Positions 9,323 through 20,003 of a DNA stretch of 64,000 bases are shown here, one piece after another. This stretch comes from Burkholderiales bacterium (GTDB lineage: Bacteria; Pseudomonadota; Gammaproteobacteria; Burkholderiales; SG8-39), in contig JBFFEY010000001.1 in assembly GCA_041558415.1 (NCBI GenBank), positions 89,630 through 153,629 on the forward strand, given 5' to 3'. The translations under genes and the position numbers were made by a program. How positions within the stretch are numbered: position 1 is the first letter of the stretch; every line of letters starts with the position of its first letter. The notes beneath the pieces were generated by a model. That model was given only the letters and a program-made list of their open reading frames with translations. It was not told the origin of the DNA and did not search any database.

Positions 9323-10854
9323 CGCTTCTTGCCGCCGAGGATCGAGCCGAGAACGCCGCGCAGGATCGAGCGACCGATGCCCGAGCCGATCGAGCGCGCC
9401 GCGCTCTTCGCCATCGCTTCGAGCGCGCCTTGCGATTGCCGGCCGCCGCGCGGCCCGGTGCGCCCGAAGACGATGTCGCGGATGTCGTCGTCGATGCCAC
9501 GTTGGTTGCGCGCCGGTTGCGGTGGCTGTGCGGACGGCTCGGGTGCACGGCGTGCCGGCCCCTCCGCGGGGATCGCCTGCGCCGCGCGTTCGCGCAGTTT
9601 CTCGTACGCCGACACGCGGTCGACCGCCTTCTCGTAATGACCGAAGACGACGGACGACTCGATCAGGCGCTTGCGCTGCGCGGGGCTGATCGGGCCGAGC
9701 TGGCTGCCGGGCGGCACGATCAGCGCACGCTCGACGATCTGCGGGCGGCCCTTGGGGTCGAGAAACGACACCAGCGCCTCACCCACGCCGAGCTCGGTGA
9801 TCGCCGCGGCGACGTCGAGCTTCGGGTTCGGACGCATGGTCTCGGCCGCCGCGCGCACCGCCTTCTGGTCGCGCGGCGTGAACGCGCGCAGCGCGTGCTG
9901 CACGCGGTTGCCGAGCTGGCCGAGCACCGCATCGGGGATGTCGAGCGGATTCTGGGTGACGAAGTAGACGCCGACGCCTTTGGAGCGGATCAGCCGCACC
10001 ACCTGTTCGATGCGATCGAGCAGGGCTTTGGGCGCGTCATCGAACAGCAAGTGCGCCTCGTCGAAGAAGAACACGAGCCGCGGCTTCTCGGGGTCGCCGA
10101 CCTCGGGCAGGTTCTCGAACAGCTCGGCCAGCATCCACAGCAGGAAGGTCGCGTAGAGCTTCGGCGCGGTCATCAGCTGGTCGGCGGCGAGAATGTTGAC
10201 GACGCCGCGCCCCTTGCCGTCGGTCTGCATCAGGTCGGCGATGTCGAGCATCGGCTCGCCGAAGAAACGCTCCGCGCCCTGGCTCTCGAGGGCGAGCAGG
10301 CCGCGCTGGATGGCGCCGACCGAGGCGGGCGAGACGTTGCCGTATTCCACCTTGACCGTGCGCGCATTGTCGGCGACGAAGGCGAGCATCGCGCGCAGAT
10401 CCTTCAGGTCGAGCAGCAGCAGGCCGCTGTCGTCGGCGACGCGGAAGACGATGTTGAGCACCCCCTCCTGCGTCGGGTTGAGGCCGAGCATGCGCGCGAG
10501 GAGCAGCGGCCCCATGTCGGAGATCGTGGCGCGTACCGGATGGCCGTCCTTGCCGAAGACATCCCAGAACGCCACCGGGCAGCCCTCGAAGGCGAGCTCG
10601 AGGCCGAGCAGCGTGGCGCGCGCGTCGACCTTGGCGTTGCCACCGCCGGGCTGGGCGATGCCCGAGAGATCGCCTTTCACGTCAGCCATGAAAACCGGCA
10701 CCCCGATCGCCGAAAAGCGCTGTGCCATCGCCTGCAGGGTGACCGTCTTGCCGGTGCCGGTGGCGCCGGTGACCAGGCCGTGGCGGTTGGCGAGACCCGG
10801 CAGCAGGCAAAGCTCGGTCGTGCCGTGCTTCGCGATCAATAATGGGTCAGCCAT
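9319..10854 (-). CDS. HerA-like / DUF853 (YjgR-type) P-loop ATPase
   Basis: ATG at 10854 ([11 protein letters not shown]...). Walker [12 protein letters not shown] and Walker B-like [11 protein letters not shown]. Basic Gly-rich C-terminal tail. Confidence 0.75.
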   Translation of the reverse strand: MADPLLIAKHGTTELCLLPGLANRHGLVTGATGTGKTVTLQAMAQRFSAIGVPVFMADVKGDLSGIAQPGGGNAKVDARATLLGLELAFEGCPVAFWDVFGKDGHPVRATISDMGPLLLARMLGLNPTQEGVLNIVFRVADDSGLLLLDLKDLRAMLAFVADNARTVKVEYGNVSPASVGAIQRGLLALESQGAERFFGEPMLDIADLMQTDGKGRGVVNILAADQLMTAPKLYATFLLWMLAELFENLPEVGDPEKPRLVFFFDEAHLLFDDAPKALLDRIEQVVRLIRSKGVGVYFVTQNPLDIPDAVLGQLGNRVQHALRAFTPRDQKAVRAAAETMRPNPKLDVAAAITELGVGEALVSFLDPKGRPQIVERALIVPPGSQLGPISPAQRKRLIESSVVFGHYEKAVDRVSAYEKLRERAAQAIPAEGPARRAPEPSAQPPQPARNQRGIDDDIRDIVFGRTGPRGGRQSQGALEAMAKSAARSIGSGIGRSILRGVLGSILGGKKR

Positions 10855-10918
10855 GCGGGTCGCCGGGGCGTTAAAATTCGACGGTTTTTCTGCAATCTTA
10901 ACTGAGCCGTTCAGCACC

Positions 10919-11656
10919 ATGGCCGGACACAGCAAATGGGCCAACATCCAGCACCGCAAGGGTCGCCAGGATGCCAAGCGCGGCAAGATCTTCACCAAGC
11001 TGATCAAGGAGATCACGATCTCCGCGCGGCTCGGGGGCGGTGATGCCTCGACCAATCCGCGGCTGCGGCTCGCGATCGACAAGGCGCGCGACCAGAACAT
11101 GCCGAACGACAACATCCAGCGCGCGATACAGCGCGGCACGGGCGAGCTGGAGGGCGTGGCCTATGAGGAGATCCGCTACGAGGGCTATGGCGTCGGCGGG
11201 GCCGCGGTGATCGTCGACTGCACCACGGACAACCGCACGCGCTGCGTCGCCGAGGTTCGCCACGCCTTCACCAAGAACGGCGGCAACCTGGGCTCGGACG
11301 GCTCGGTGGCCTACCTGTTCAAGCGCTGCGGGCAGTTCATCTTCGCCCCCGGTACGAGCGAGGACAAGGTCATGGAGGTGGCCCTCGACGCAGGGGCGGA
11401 GGATGTGACGAGCGACGAAGACGGCTCGATCGAGGTGCTTTGCGCGCCCGGCGATTTCGGCACGCTGCGCGATGCCTTTGCCAAGGCCGGGCTCAAGCCG
11501 GCGGGCGCGGAGATCACCATGAAGGCGTCGAGCGAAAGCGTGCTCGCCGGCGAGGAGGCGGTGCGCATGCGCCGGCTGCTCGATGCGCTCGACGAGCTCG
11601 ACGACGTGCAGGACGTCTACACCAACGCCGCGCTCGAGACCGAAGCAGCCGCTTGA
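10919..11656 (+). CDS. yebC: YebC/PmpR-family transcriptional regulator
   Basis: Canonical N-terminus [28 protein letters not shown]. 245 aa. Immediately upstream of ruvC, as in many proteobacteria. Confidence 0.92.
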   Translation: MAGHSKWANIQHRKGRQDAKRGKIFTKLIKEITISARLGGGDASTNPRLRLAIDKARDQNMPNDNIQRAIQRGTGELEGVAYEEIRYEGYGVGGAAVIVDCTTDNRTRCVAEVRHAFTKNGGNLGSDGSVAYLFKRCGQFIFAPGTSEDKVMEVALDAGAEDVTSDEDGSIEVLCAPGDFGTLRDAFAKAGLKPAGAEITMKASSESVLAGEEAVRMRRLLDALDELDDVQDVYTNAALETEAAA

Positions 11657-12189
11657 GCGCCGACCGCAGCCTGCGCATCCTCGGCATCGACCCCGGCCTG
11701 CGGGTCACCGGCTTCGGCGTGATCGACAAGCGCGGCGCGACGCTGCGCTACGTGACGAGCGGCTGCATCCGCACGCCGGGCAGCGAGCTGCCCGAGCGGC
11801 TGGCGGCGATTCTGGACGGGCTCGCACAGGTGATCGCCGAGCACCGCCCGGCGCAGGCGGCGGTCGAGCGCGTGTTCGTCAACGTCAATCCGAGCTCCAC
11901 GCTCGCGCTCGGCCAGGCGCGCGGCGCGGCCATCTCGGCGCTGGTCCTCAAGCGCCTGCCGGTGTCGGAGTACACCGCGCTGCAGGTCAAGCAGGCAGTG
12001 GTCGGCACAGGGCACGCGCGCAAGGAGCAGGTGCAGTCGATGGTGCGTCGCCTGCTTTCGCTGCCGGGCGATCCGAGCCCCGACGCCGCCGATGCGCTCG
12101 CCTGCGCGATCTGCCACGCCCACGGCGGCCAGGGGCTCGGCGCGCTGTCGACGCGGCGCATGCACATGCGCCGTGGGCGGCTGGTATGA
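11653..12189 (+). CDS. ruvC: Holliday-junction resolvase RuvC
   Basis: TTG start at 11653 overlaps the yebC stop (TTGA). [18 protein letters not shown] catalytic N-terminus. 178 aa. Confidence 0.9.
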   Translation: MSADRSLRILGIDPGLRVTGFGVIDKRGATLRYVTSGCIRTPGSELPERLAAILDGLAQVIAEHRPAQAAVERVFVNVNPSSTLALGQARGAAISALVLKRLPVSEYTALQVKQAVVGTGHARKEQVQSMVRRLLSLPGDPSPDAADALACAICHAHGGQGLGALSTRRMHMRRGRLV

Positions 12190-12265
12190 GCCGCGAGCGA
12201 CGAATGCGCAGCGCGTCGCGGCGCGCTCTGGCATGCTTGTTCGATCGCAGACTCGGGGCATTGGC

Positions 12266-12847
12266 ATGATCGGACAGTTGCGCGGCACGCTGCGCTCCAA
12301 GCACCCGCCGCAGGTGCTGGTCGACGTCGGCGGCGTGGCCTACGAGGTCGACGTGCCGATGAGCACGTTCTACCACCTGCCGGCGACGGGGGCCGAGGTG
12401 ACGCTGCACACGCACTTCCTGGTGCGCGAAGACGCGCAGGTGCTCTACGGCTTTGCCACGCTGGAGGAGCGCACCGCCTTTCGCGAGCTGATCCGCATCT
12501 CGGGGGTCGGCGCGCGCACCGCCCTCGCGGTGCTCTCCGGCATGTCGGTCGCCGACCTCGCCCACGCCGTGGCCGCGCAGGAGACCGGCCGGCTGGTGAA
12601 GGTGCCGGGTATTGGCAAGAAGACGGCCGAGCGGCTGCTGCTCGAGCTGAAGGGACGCCTCGCCGAGCCGCTGCCGGGCGCCACCGCCTTCGCGCCGAAG
12701 GGGGGCGACGCGGCCGACATTCTGAATGCGCTGCTCGCGCTTGGCTACAGCGAGAAGGAGGCAAGCGCGGCGATCAAGGGGCTTGTGCCGGGCCTCGGCG
12801 TGGCCGAGGGCATCCGGGCGGCGCTCAAGGCTCTGGCAAAATCCTGA
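12266..12847 (+). CDS. ruvA: Holliday-junction DNA helicase subunit RuvA
   Basis: MIGQLRGTL...[13 protein letters not shown] plus a helix-hairpin-helix segment [13 protein letters not shown]. 193 aa. Confidence 0.93.
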   Translation: MIGQLRGTLRSKHPPQVLVDVGGVAYEVDVPMSTFYHLPATGAEVTLHTHFLVREDAQVLYGFATLEERTAFRELIRISGVGARTALAVLSGMSVADLAHAVAAQETGRLVKVPGIGKKTAERLLLELKGRLAEPLPGATAFAPKGGDAADILNALLALGYSEKEASAAIKGLVPGLGVAEGIRAALKALAKS

Positions 12848-12848
12848 C

Positions 12849-13919
12849 GTGGCGGTCGAAACGGATCGGTTGATCTCGGCGCAGCCGGCCTCGGGCGAGG
12901 AAGAGCGCTTCGAGCGCTCGCTGCGCCCGACCTCGCTCGCGGACTACGTCGGGCAGGCGAAGGTGCGCGGCCAGTTCGAGATCTTCATCGAGGCGGCGCG
13001 CGCGCGCGGCGAAGCGCTCGACCACGTGCTGCTGTTCGGCCCGCCCGGACTGGGCAAGACCACGCTTGCGCACATCGTCGCGCGCGAGATGGGCGTCAAT
13101 CTGCGCCAGACCTCGGGCCCGGTGCTCGAGCGCCCGGGCGATCTGGCTGCGCTGCTCACCAACCTCGAGCCGCGCGACGTGCTGTTCATCGACGAGATCC
13201 ACCGCCTCTCGCCGGTGGTCGAGGAGATCCTCTATCCCGCGCTCGAGGACTACCAGATCGACATCATGATCGGCGAGGGCCCGGCCGCGCGCTCGATCAA
13301 GCTCGACCTGCCGCCGTTCACGCTGGTCGGCGCGACCACGCGCGCGGGCATGCTCACCAACCCGCTGCGCGACCGCTTCGGCATCGTCGCGCGGCTCGAG
13401 TTCTACGACACCGACGACCTGGCGCGTATCGTGCATCGCTCGGCGCAACTGCTCGATGTGGCGATCGACGAGGCCGGCGCGCGCGAGATCGCATCGCGCG
13501 CGCGCGGCACGCCGCGGATCGCCAACCGCCTGCTGCGGCGGGTGCGCGACTACGCGCAGGTGAAGGCCGAGGGCGCCGTGTCGCGCGAGGTCGCGGACGC
13601 CGCCCTGGCGATGCTCGAGGTCGACGTGCTCGGTCTCGACCTGATGGACCGCAATCTGCTGCTTGCGGTGATCGAGAAGTTCTCCGGCGGCCCGGTCGGC
13701 ATCGAGAATCTGGCCGCGGCGATCGGCGAGGAGCGCGACACGATCGAGGACGTGCTCGAGCCTTATCTCATCCAGCAGGGCTACCTGCAGCGCACGCCGC
13801 GCGGACGCGTGGCGACGCTGGCCGCGTACCGGCATTTCGGCGTCGTCGCGCCGGCCGAGATGCGCGATCTGCTCTCCGACGCCGACAGGGCCCAGGGCGG
13901 GGCGCAGACCGGCGCTTAA
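12849..13919 (+). CDS. ruvB: Holliday-junction DNA helicase RuvB
   Basis: GTG start 2 nt after the ruvA stop. [12 protein letters not shown], Walker [12 protein letters not shown], Walker [10 protein letters not shown]. Confidence 0.93.
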   Translation: MAVETDRLISAQPASGEEERFERSLRPTSLADYVGQAKVRGQFEIFIEAARARGEALDHVLLFGPPGLGKTTLAHIVAREMGVNLRQTSGPVLERPGDLAALLTNLEPRDVLFIDEIHRLSPVVEEILYPALEDYQIDIMIGEGPAARSIKLDLPPFTLVGATTRAGMLTNPLRDRFGIVARLEFYDTDDLARIVHRSAQLLDVAIDEAGAREIASRARGTPRIANRLLRRVRDYAQVKAEGAVSREVADAALAMLEVDVLGLDLMDRNLLLAVIEKFSGGPVGIENLAAAIGEERDTIEDVLEPYLIQQGYLQRTPRGRVATLAAYRHFGVVAPAEMRDLLSDADRAQGGAQTGA

Positions 13920-13975
13920 CCCGAATCGCGCTCCGCCCCGTTCAACGGGGGGTGTCCAACACCCAAGGAGCGCAC

Positions 13976-15376
13976 ATGAAGCGCAACTTCCTCACATTGG
14001 CCTTCGCCGCGGCCCTGGCCGGCGTTCCGGCGGTGGCGCAGGCCTTCTGCGGCTTTTACGTCGGCAAGGCCGACGCCAGCCTGTTCAACGAGGCCTCCAA
14101 GGTGGTCATGGTGCGCGACGGCGATCGCACCGTGATCAACATGCTGAACGACTACCAGGGCGAGCTGAGCGAGTTCGCGCTCGTCGTGCCGGTGCCGGTG
14201 GTGCTGCAAAAGGAGGACGTGAAGACCCCCTTGCGCGCGCTGTTCGACCGCATCGACGCCTATAGCGCGCCGCGGTTGGCCGAATACTACGATCCGAATC
14301 CCTGTCATCCGCAATACCCGAGGGCGCTCGCAGCGCCCAGCGCGGCGCTTAAAAGCGGACGCAACGAGGTGGCCGTGGACCGTGCGCAGGCGCTCGGCGT
14401 GCGGGTCGAAGCGCAGTACACGGTCGGGCCCTACGACATGGTCATTCTGTCCGCCGAACAGTCCGACGGGCTGGAGACCTGGTTGCGCGAGAACGGCTAC
14501 CGCATCCCGGCCGGCGCCTCGCAGGCGCTCGCGCCGTACATCCGCCAGGACATGAAGTTCTTCGTCGCCAAGATAAACCTCGAAGAGCACGCCAGGTCCG
14601 GTGCACAGACGCTCGCCCCGCTGCAGTTCGCGTTCCGCAGCGAGAAGTTCATGCTGCCCATCCGGCTGGGCATGATCAACGCGCGCGGCCCGCAGGACCT
14701 GGTGCTCTGGGTGCTGTCGAAGAAGGGCCGGGTCGAAACGACCAACTACCGCACCGTCAAGCTGCCGGCGAACGTCGAGCTGCCGCCCTACGTGAAGTTC
14801 GACGCGGACCACAGCTTCGCGCGCTTCTACCGCACGATGTTCGACGCGCAGGCGAAGCGCGAGGACTACCGTGTCGTGTTCACCGAGTACTTCTGGGACA
14901 TGAGCTGGTGCGATCCCTGCGCGGCGAATCCGCTCAGCGCGCAGGAGCTCGCCAACCTCGGCGTCGAGGGCGTGCGCGGCGACACGCGGCGCGGCGCGCG
15001 CGTGATGCTCACGCGCCTGCACCTGCGCTACACGCCGGAGACCTTCCCGGAAGACCTGGTGTTCCAGGAGACTGCCGACCGCCGCAACTGGCAGACGCGC
15101 TACGTGCTGCGCCACCCGGCAAAGCTCGATCTCGAGGATTGCCCTAACCGCGCCAACGCCGAGCGCTACCTTGTCGAGCTCGCCCGGCGCCAGGAGCGGG
15201 AAGCGCAAACGCTCGCCACGCTGACCGGCTGGGACGTCGACACAATCCGCGCCAAGGCGGTTACCGCCCCTGACGGCGAGGCGCAGCAGATCGCGCCGGT
15301 CGGGCCGCAGGGCGCGCTCGAGGCGCCATTTGCGCGCCTGTGGCGCTGGCTGCAGGGCGGCGGAGGGCGGCCGTGA
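13976..15376 (+). CDS. Secreted DUF2330-domain protein
   Basis: ATG at 13976 after AAGGAG. Signal peptide MKRNFLTLAFAAALAGVPAVAQA/FCGFYV. The sequence pattern (FALVVPVP, WCDPCA) is as I recall for DUF2330. Function unknown. Confidence 0.7.
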   Translation: MKRNFLTLAFAAALAGVPAVAQAFCGFYVGKADASLFNEASKVVMVRDGDRTVINMLNDYQGELSEFALVVPVPVVLQKEDVKTPLRALFDRIDAYSAPRLAEYYDPNPCHPQYPRALAAPSAALKSGRNEVAVDRAQALGVRVEAQYTVGPYDMVILSAEQSDGLETWLRENGYRIPAGASQALAPYIRQDMKFFVAKINLEEHARSGAQTLAPLQFAFRSEKFMLPIRLGMINARGPQDLVLWVLSKKGRVETTNYRTVKLPANVELPPYVKFDADHSFARFYRTMFDAQAKREDYRVVFTEYFWDMSWCDPCAANPLSAQELANLGVEGVRGDTRRGARVMLTRLHLRYTPETFPEDLVFQETADRRNWQTRYVLRHPAKLDLEDCPNRANAERYLVELARRQEREAQTLATLTGWDVDTIRAKAVTAPDGEAQQIAPVGPQGALEAPFARLWRWLQGGGGRP

Positions 15377-16242
15377 GACCGCCGGCCCTCGCTGCCGGCA
15401 CGCTCGCCGACGCAGGGGGGCTGCGCGCCGGGCTCGGCGCGCTCGCCCGATTTGACGCACGCCTTTACCAGATCGTCTTTCTCGCCCTGCTGCTCGGCGG
15501 CGGCGTGCTGATGCGCGATTTCAGCCTGCAGCCCGGGCAGGTGGCGCTCGCCTTCGCCGCGGGCATCGCCACGCAGCGCGTCTGGCTGCGCGTGCTCGGC
15601 CTGCGGGGCGTGGGGGTGCTGAGCGCGGTCATCACCTGCTTCGGGCTCTCGGTGCTGTTGCGTGCGGACAGCCTGTGGGTGCACCCGCTCGCCGCCGCGG
15701 CCTGCCTGTCGGCCAAGTTCGTCCTGCGGGCGAACGGCAAGCACCTGTTCAACCCGACCAACCTCGGCGTCGTGCTGGCGGTGCTGCTGCTGCCCGGGGC
15801 CTGGGTGTCCCCCGGACAGTGGGGCGCGGACCTGCTGGTTGCCTGCTGGGTGGTGGCGCTCGGCGGCGTCGTCGCCAACCGCGCGCGCAGCTTCGACATG
15901 AGCGCCGCGTTCCTCAGCTTCTACGTCGGCGCCCTCGCGGCGCGGGTGGCCTGGCTCGGCCAGGACTGGAGCGTATTCGCCCACCAGCTGCAATCGGGCG
16001 CGCTGCTGGTGTTCGCCTTCTTCATGATTTCCGACCCGATGACGATCCCCAGCCGCCGGGCGGCGCGCGTCGCCTACGCCGCCGGGGTGGCGGCGCTGGC
16101 CTATGCCTGGCAGTACCTGTTGTACGCGCCCAATGGCCCGCTCTGGGCGCTGTTTCTCTGCGCCCCCCTGGTGCCCCTGCTCGATCGGCTCTGGCCGGGG
16201 GCGCGCCCGGTCTGGCGACGCACGCCGGCGACGCCGCGGTAG
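15373..16242 (+). CDS. Stand-alone RnfD/NqrB-like integral membrane protein
   Basis: GTG at 15373 overlaps the DUF2330 stop (GTGA). Polytopic protein. Motifs GKHLFNPTNLGVV and FFMISDPMTIP match conserved RnfD/NqrB blocks. No other Rnf/Nqr subunit is nearby. An alternative upstream start lies at 15340. Confidence 0.6.
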   Translation: MRPPALAAGTLADAGGLRAGLGALARFDARLYQIVFLALLLGGGVLMRDFSLQPGQVALAFAAGIATQRVWLRVLGLRGVGVLSAVITCFGLSVLLRADSLWVHPLAAAACLSAKFVLRANGKHLFNPTNLGVVLAVLLLPGAWVSPGQWGADLLVACWVVALGGVVANRARSFDMSAAFLSFYVGALAARVAWLGQDWSVFAHQLQSGALLVFAFFMISDPMTIPSRRAARVAYAAGVAALAYAWQYLLYAPNGPLWALFLCAPLVPLLDRLWPGARPVWRRTPATPR

Positions 16243-16253
16243 CATGCCCCCTA

Positions 16254-16658
16254 ATGGCGACACCCTTCTCGATTCCGCTGCGCGTCTACTACCAGGACAC
16301 CGACGCGGGCGGCGTCGTCTTCCATGGACAGTACTTCGCCTTCATGGAGCGCGCGCGCACCGAGCTGCTCAATTCCCTCGGTTACGACCTCGCGCGCTTC
16401 GCCGAGTCGCACGGCATCCTGTTCATGGTGCACTCGCTGAGGGCGACCTTCCACGCGCCGGCGCGGCTCAACGAGATGATCTCGATCAGCGCCGAAGTCG
16501 CTAAAATGCGCCGTGCAAGCCTGGATTTTCGCCAGCGCGTGGAACGCGGGCGCGAACTGCTGGTCGAAGCCGAGGTGACATTGGCGCTGGTAGACCGCGA
16601 GCGGCTCAAGCCGGCGCGGATGCCACAAGAACTCAGAAACGCGCTGGACGCATCGTGA
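16254..16658 (+). CDS. ybgC: Tol-Pal-associated acyl-CoA thioesterase YbgC
   Basis: Hotdog-fold 4HBT motif VYYQDTDAGGVVFHGQY. 134 aa. Directly upstream of tolQ, overlapping it by GTGA. Confidence 0.88.
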   Translation: MATPFSIPLRVYYQDTDAGGVVFHGQYFAFMERARTELLNSLGYDLARFAESHGILFMVHSLRATFHAPARLNEMISISAEVAKMRRASLDFRQRVERGRELLVEAEVTLALVDRERLKPARMPQELRNALDAS

Positions 16659-17335
16659 ATGTAACGCAGGACCTCGAACTCTGGACGCTCATCATCAACG
16701 CCAGCTTGGTGGTCAAGCTGGTGATGCTGCTACTGATGGTGGTTTCCTTCCTGTCGTGGACCTTCATCTTCAGCAAATGGATCGCGATCCGTCGGGCGCG
16801 CTCGCAGACCGAGCAGTTCGAGCGCGATTTCTGGAGCGGCAACGACCTGAACTCCCTCTACCAGGGCGCGGTCAGCAGCCGGCACAGCATCGGCAGCCTG
16901 GAACGCATTTTCGAAGCCGGCTTCCGCGAGTTCTCCAAGCTGCGCAACCAGCGCGCTAACGACGCCTCGGCGCTGGTCGAGGGTGCCGAGCGCGCGATGC
17001 GCGCCACCTTCCAGCGCGAAATGGACCACCTCGAGCGCCACCTGTCGTTTCTCGCCTCGACCGGCTCGGTGAGCCCCTACGTGGGACTGTTCGGCACGGT
17101 GTGGGGCATCATGCACGCCTTTCGCAGCCTGGCGAACGTGCAGCAGGCGACGCTTTCCCTGGTGGCGCCGGGCATTGCGGAAGCGCTGATCGCGACCGCC
17201 ATCGGCCTGTTCGCCGCGATCCCCGCGGTCGTCGCCTACAACCGCTTTTCGCACGACATCGACCGCCTGTCGATTCGCTTCGAGAGCTTCATGGGCGAGT
17301 TTTCCAACATCCTGCACCGGCAGGGGCCGAGGTAG
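16655..17335 (+). CDS. tolQ: Tol-Pal system protein TolQ
   Basis: MotA/TolQ/ExbB-type protein of 226 aa with 3 TM segments. Followed by tolR, tolA, tolB and pal. Confidence 0.93.
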   Translation: MNVTQDLELWTLIINASLVVKLVMLLLMVVSFLSWTFIFSKWIAIRRARSQTEQFERDFWSGNDLNSLYQGAVSSRHSIGSLERIFEAGFREFSKLRNQRANDASALVEGAERAMRATFQREMDHLERHLSFLASTGSVSPYVGLFGTVWGIMHAFRSLANVQQATLSLVAPGIAEALIATAIGLFAAIPAVVAYNRFSHDIDRLSIRFESFMGEFSNILHRQGPR

Positions 17336-17341
17336 CGGCGC

Positions 17342-17776
17342 ATGGCGTCCCTGCCGCTGCGCCGCCGGCGCAGGCCGATGCACGACATCAACGTCGTGCC
17401 GTACATCGACGTGATGCTGGTGCTGCTGGTCATCTTCATGGTGACCGCGCCGCTCATCACGCCGGGGGTCATCGACCTGCCCTCGGTGTCCAAGGCGCCG
17501 GTCGTACCGGCGGCGCCGATCGAGGTGGTCGTCAAGCGCGACCAGACCCTGTTGCTGCGCACGCGCGACGCGAAAACCGGCGAGCAGGACGAGCGCGTCG
17601 TCCGGCACGAGGAACTTGCGCAGCTGGTACGCGAGCGGCAGGCGTCTACGCCGGACAGCCCGGTAATCATCGCCGCAGACAAGGACGTGCGCTACGAAGC
17701 GGTGCTCAAGGTGATGGACCAGTTGCAGCGCAGCGCCGTGCGCCGCGTCGGACTGCTGGTGCAGCCCGCGAAATAG
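17342..17776 (+). CDS. tolR: Tol-Pal system protein TolR
   Basis: ExbD/TolR N-terminus ...INVVPYIDVMLVLLVIFMVTAP. 144 aa. Confidence 0.92.
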   Translation: MASLPLRRRRRPMHDINVVPYIDVMLVLLVIFMVTAPLITPGVIDLPSVSKAPVVPAAPIEVVVKRDQTLLLRTRDAKTGEQDERVVRHEELAQLVRERQASTPDSPVIIAADKDVRYEAVLKVMDQLQRSAVRRVGLLVQPAK

Positions 17777-18637
17777 ATGGGGACCGCGGAGTTCTACGCG
17801 CGATTCGAGCAGCGCTACGAGCCGGGGATCGGCCGCGCACTGGTCTTCGCGCTGATCGTCCATCTGGTGCTGCTCGGCATCCTGTTCGTCGGTGTGCGCT
17901 GGCAGAGCCACCGCCCCACGCCCGTGACGGTGGAGCTGTTCCGGGCGGCGCCGGCACCGGCGCCCAGGCCCGTCGTCAAGGTGGAACCGCCGAAGCCCGC
18001 GCCACCAAAGCCCGAGCCGCCCAAACCCGTGCCGAAGGTCGAGGCGCCGGCGCCGCGACCGGAGCCGAAGATCGCGCCAAAACCGGAGCCGCGCATCGAA
18101 AAGCCCGACATCGCGCAGCAGGCGGCGCCGAAGCCGGAACCCAAGCCGAAGCCGAAACCGGTGGCCAAGGTGGAACCGAAGCCCAAGCCGAAGCCGGCGC
18201 CCAAGGTCGAAGCCAAGCCCAAACCCAAGCCGCAGCCGTCGCCCAGTGTGGCGGCACGCAATGAGATGCGCGCGGAGCTGGCGCGCGAAGAGGCGGCGAT
18301 ACGCGCGCAGCGCCAGGAGGCGGAGCTGCGCGCGCTGCTCGCCCGCGAGGCGCGCGCGCGCGCGCTGGCGAGCTGGACCGACAAGATCCGCGCCAAGATC
18401 CGCGGCAATATCATTCTGCCGCCGGCGATGACCGGAAATCCGGAGGCGATTTTCGACGTGGTGCTGTTGCCGACGGGCGACGTGCTCGGCACGCCGCGCC
18501 TGCGCCGCTCGAGCGGCGACCCGCGCTACGACGACGCCGTGCTGCGCGCGATCCTGAAATCCTCGCCGTTGCCGCGTCCCGACGACCCGAACGTCTTCAC
18601 ACGCAACCTCGAGCTGCGTTTCCGACCGCAGGATTGA
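17777..18637 (+). CDS. tolA: Tol-Pal system protein TolA
   Basis: N-terminal TM anchor, a long Pro/Lys/Glu/Ala-rich spacer, and a C-terminal TolA domain. Operon position fits. Confidence 0.88.
   Translation: MGTAEFYARFEQRYEPGIGRALVFALIVHLVLLGILFVGVRWQSHRPTPVTVELFRAAPAPAPRPVVKVEPPKPAPPKPEPPKPVPKVEAPAPRPEPKIAPKPEPRIEKPDIAQQAAPKPEPKPKPKPVAKVEPKPKPKPAPKVEAKPKPKPQPSPSVAARNEMRAELAREEAAIRAQRQEAELRALLAREARARALASWTDKIRAKIRGNIILPPAMTGNPEAIFDVVLLPTGDVLGTPRLRRSSGDPRYDDAVLRAILKSSPLPRPDDPNVFTRNLELRFRPQD
17948..18245 (+). repeat. Low-complexity P-K-P-E-rich coding repeat inside tolA (domain II spacer)
   Basis: Translation reads PAPAPRPVVKVEPPKPAPPKPEPPKPVPKVEAP...PKPEPKPKPKPVAKVEPKPKPKPAPKVEAKPKPKPQPSP. 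This is a coding repeat, not an independent element. Confidence 0.7.
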
Positions 18638-18642
18638 TCCGC

Positions 18643-19989
18643 ATGGCCACGTTAGAATTACGCGCTGTGATAAAACGCGCGAAGCATCGAACCGCCGTCG
18701 CAGCGTACGTGCCGCTGCGCGCCGTCTGCGTTTTGTTGAGTCTGCTGCTCGCACTCGCGGCGCAACCGGCTGTTGCACAGCTCACCATCGAGATTACCGG
18801 CGCGGGCGAAAAGCGCCTGCCGATCGCGATCGTGCCGCTCGCCGGCGAAGGCGTGCTGTCCTCGAGCATCTCGTCGATCGTGCGCGCAGACCTCGAGCGC
18901 AGTGGCCTGTTCCGCGGCATCGAGACGCCGATCCTGAAGCCGCATCCCACGGAGGCGTCGAACGTCGACTACGCGGAGTGGCGCGCGCGGCTGGCCGACG
19001 CGCTGGTGCTCGGATCGGTCGCGAACCGGCCGGACGGCAAGTTCGAAGTGCGCTTCCGGCTGTTCGATGTCGTGAAGCAGACGGCCATCGGCGGCGTCGC
19101 CTATACGCTGACGCGCGAACAGGCGCGGGCCACCGCGCATCGCATCGCCGACTACGTTTACGAAAAGCTTACCGGCGAGAAAGGCGTGTTCTCGACCAAG
19201 GTCGCCTACGTGGTCAAGCGCGGCACCGTCTACGAGCTGCAGATCGCCGACGCGGATGGCGCGAACGGTTTCTTCGTGTTGCGCTCGAACGAGCCGATCC
19301 TGTCGCCGGTCTGGTCGCCGGATGGCAGCCAGCTCGCCTATGTGTCCTTCGAGCAGAAGAAGCCCATCGTCTACGTGCACTCGCTGCGCGACGGACGGCG
19401 CCGCGTGGCGGCGAATTTCAAGGGTTCGAATTCGGCGCCGGCCTGGTCACCGGACGGCAACACGCTTGCCGTGTCGCTGTCGCGTGAAGGCGGGTCACAG
19501 CTGTTCCTCGTCAACCCGGACGGCAGCAACGTGCGGCGGCTGACGCGCACGAGCGCGATCGACACCGAGCCGCGCTTCTCGCCCGATGGGCAGTTCCTGT
19601 ACTTCACGTCCGACCGTGGCGGAAGCCCGCAGATCTACCGCATGCCGGTTGCCGGCGGATCCGCGCAGCGCGTCACCTTCGAGGGCAGCTACAACGTGTC
19701 GCCGCGCATCAGCCCGGACGGCCGGCGGCTTGCCTTCATCCACCGCAACGAGGGCCGTTTCCAGGCCGCGCTGCTCGACCTGGAAACGCGGCAGATGCAG
19801 ATCCTGACCGACAGCGCGCGCGACGAGTCGCCGAGCTTCGCGCCGAACGGCCGAATGATTCTGCTCGCCACGGTCATCGGCGGACGCGGTGTGCTTTCCG
19901 CCGTGTCGGCCGATGGTCGCGTCAAGCAGCGACTCAGCGTCACCGCAGGCGACGTGCGCGAGCCCGCCTGGGGCCCCTTTATTCAGTGA
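18643..19989 (+). CDS. tolB: Tol-Pal system beta-propeller protein TolB
   Basis: WD-like repeated blocks (SP.WSPDG...A/LAYVS, SP.FSPDG). ATG at 18643. An in-frame GTG at 18709 would give a textbook signal peptide MPLRAVCVLLSLLLALAAQPAVA/Q and a more typical length. Confidence 0.9.
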   Translation: MATLELRAVIKRAKHRTAVAAYVPLRAVCVLLSLLLALAAQPAVAQLTIEITGAGEKRLPIAIVPLAGEGVLSSSISSIVRADLERSGLFRGIETPILKPHPTEASNVDYAEWRARLADALVLGSVANRPDGKFEVRFRLFDVVKQTAIGGVAYTLTREQARATAHRIADYVYEKLTGEKGVFSTKVAYVVKRGTVYELQIADADGANGFFVLRSNEPILSPVWSPDGSQLAYVSFEQKKPIVYVHSLRDGRRRVAANFKGSNSAPAWSPDGNTLAVSLSREGGSQLFLVNPDGSNVRRLTRTSAIDTEPRFSPDGQFLYFTSDRGGSPQIYRMPVAGGSAQRVTFEGSYNVSPRISPDGRRLAFIHRNEGRFQAALLDLETRQMQILTDSARDESPSFAPNGRMILLATVIGGRGVLSAVSADGRVKQRLSVTAGDVREPAWGPFIQ

Positions 19990-20003
19990 CAAGGAGAACC
20001 ACT

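Noticed and set aside
17948-18245. Short-period repeats that could be mistaken for a tandem-repeat or CRISPR-like array.
   Set aside because: They are in frame within tolA and encode the usual Pro/Lys/Glu-rich TolA spacer. There is no repeat-spacer architecture.
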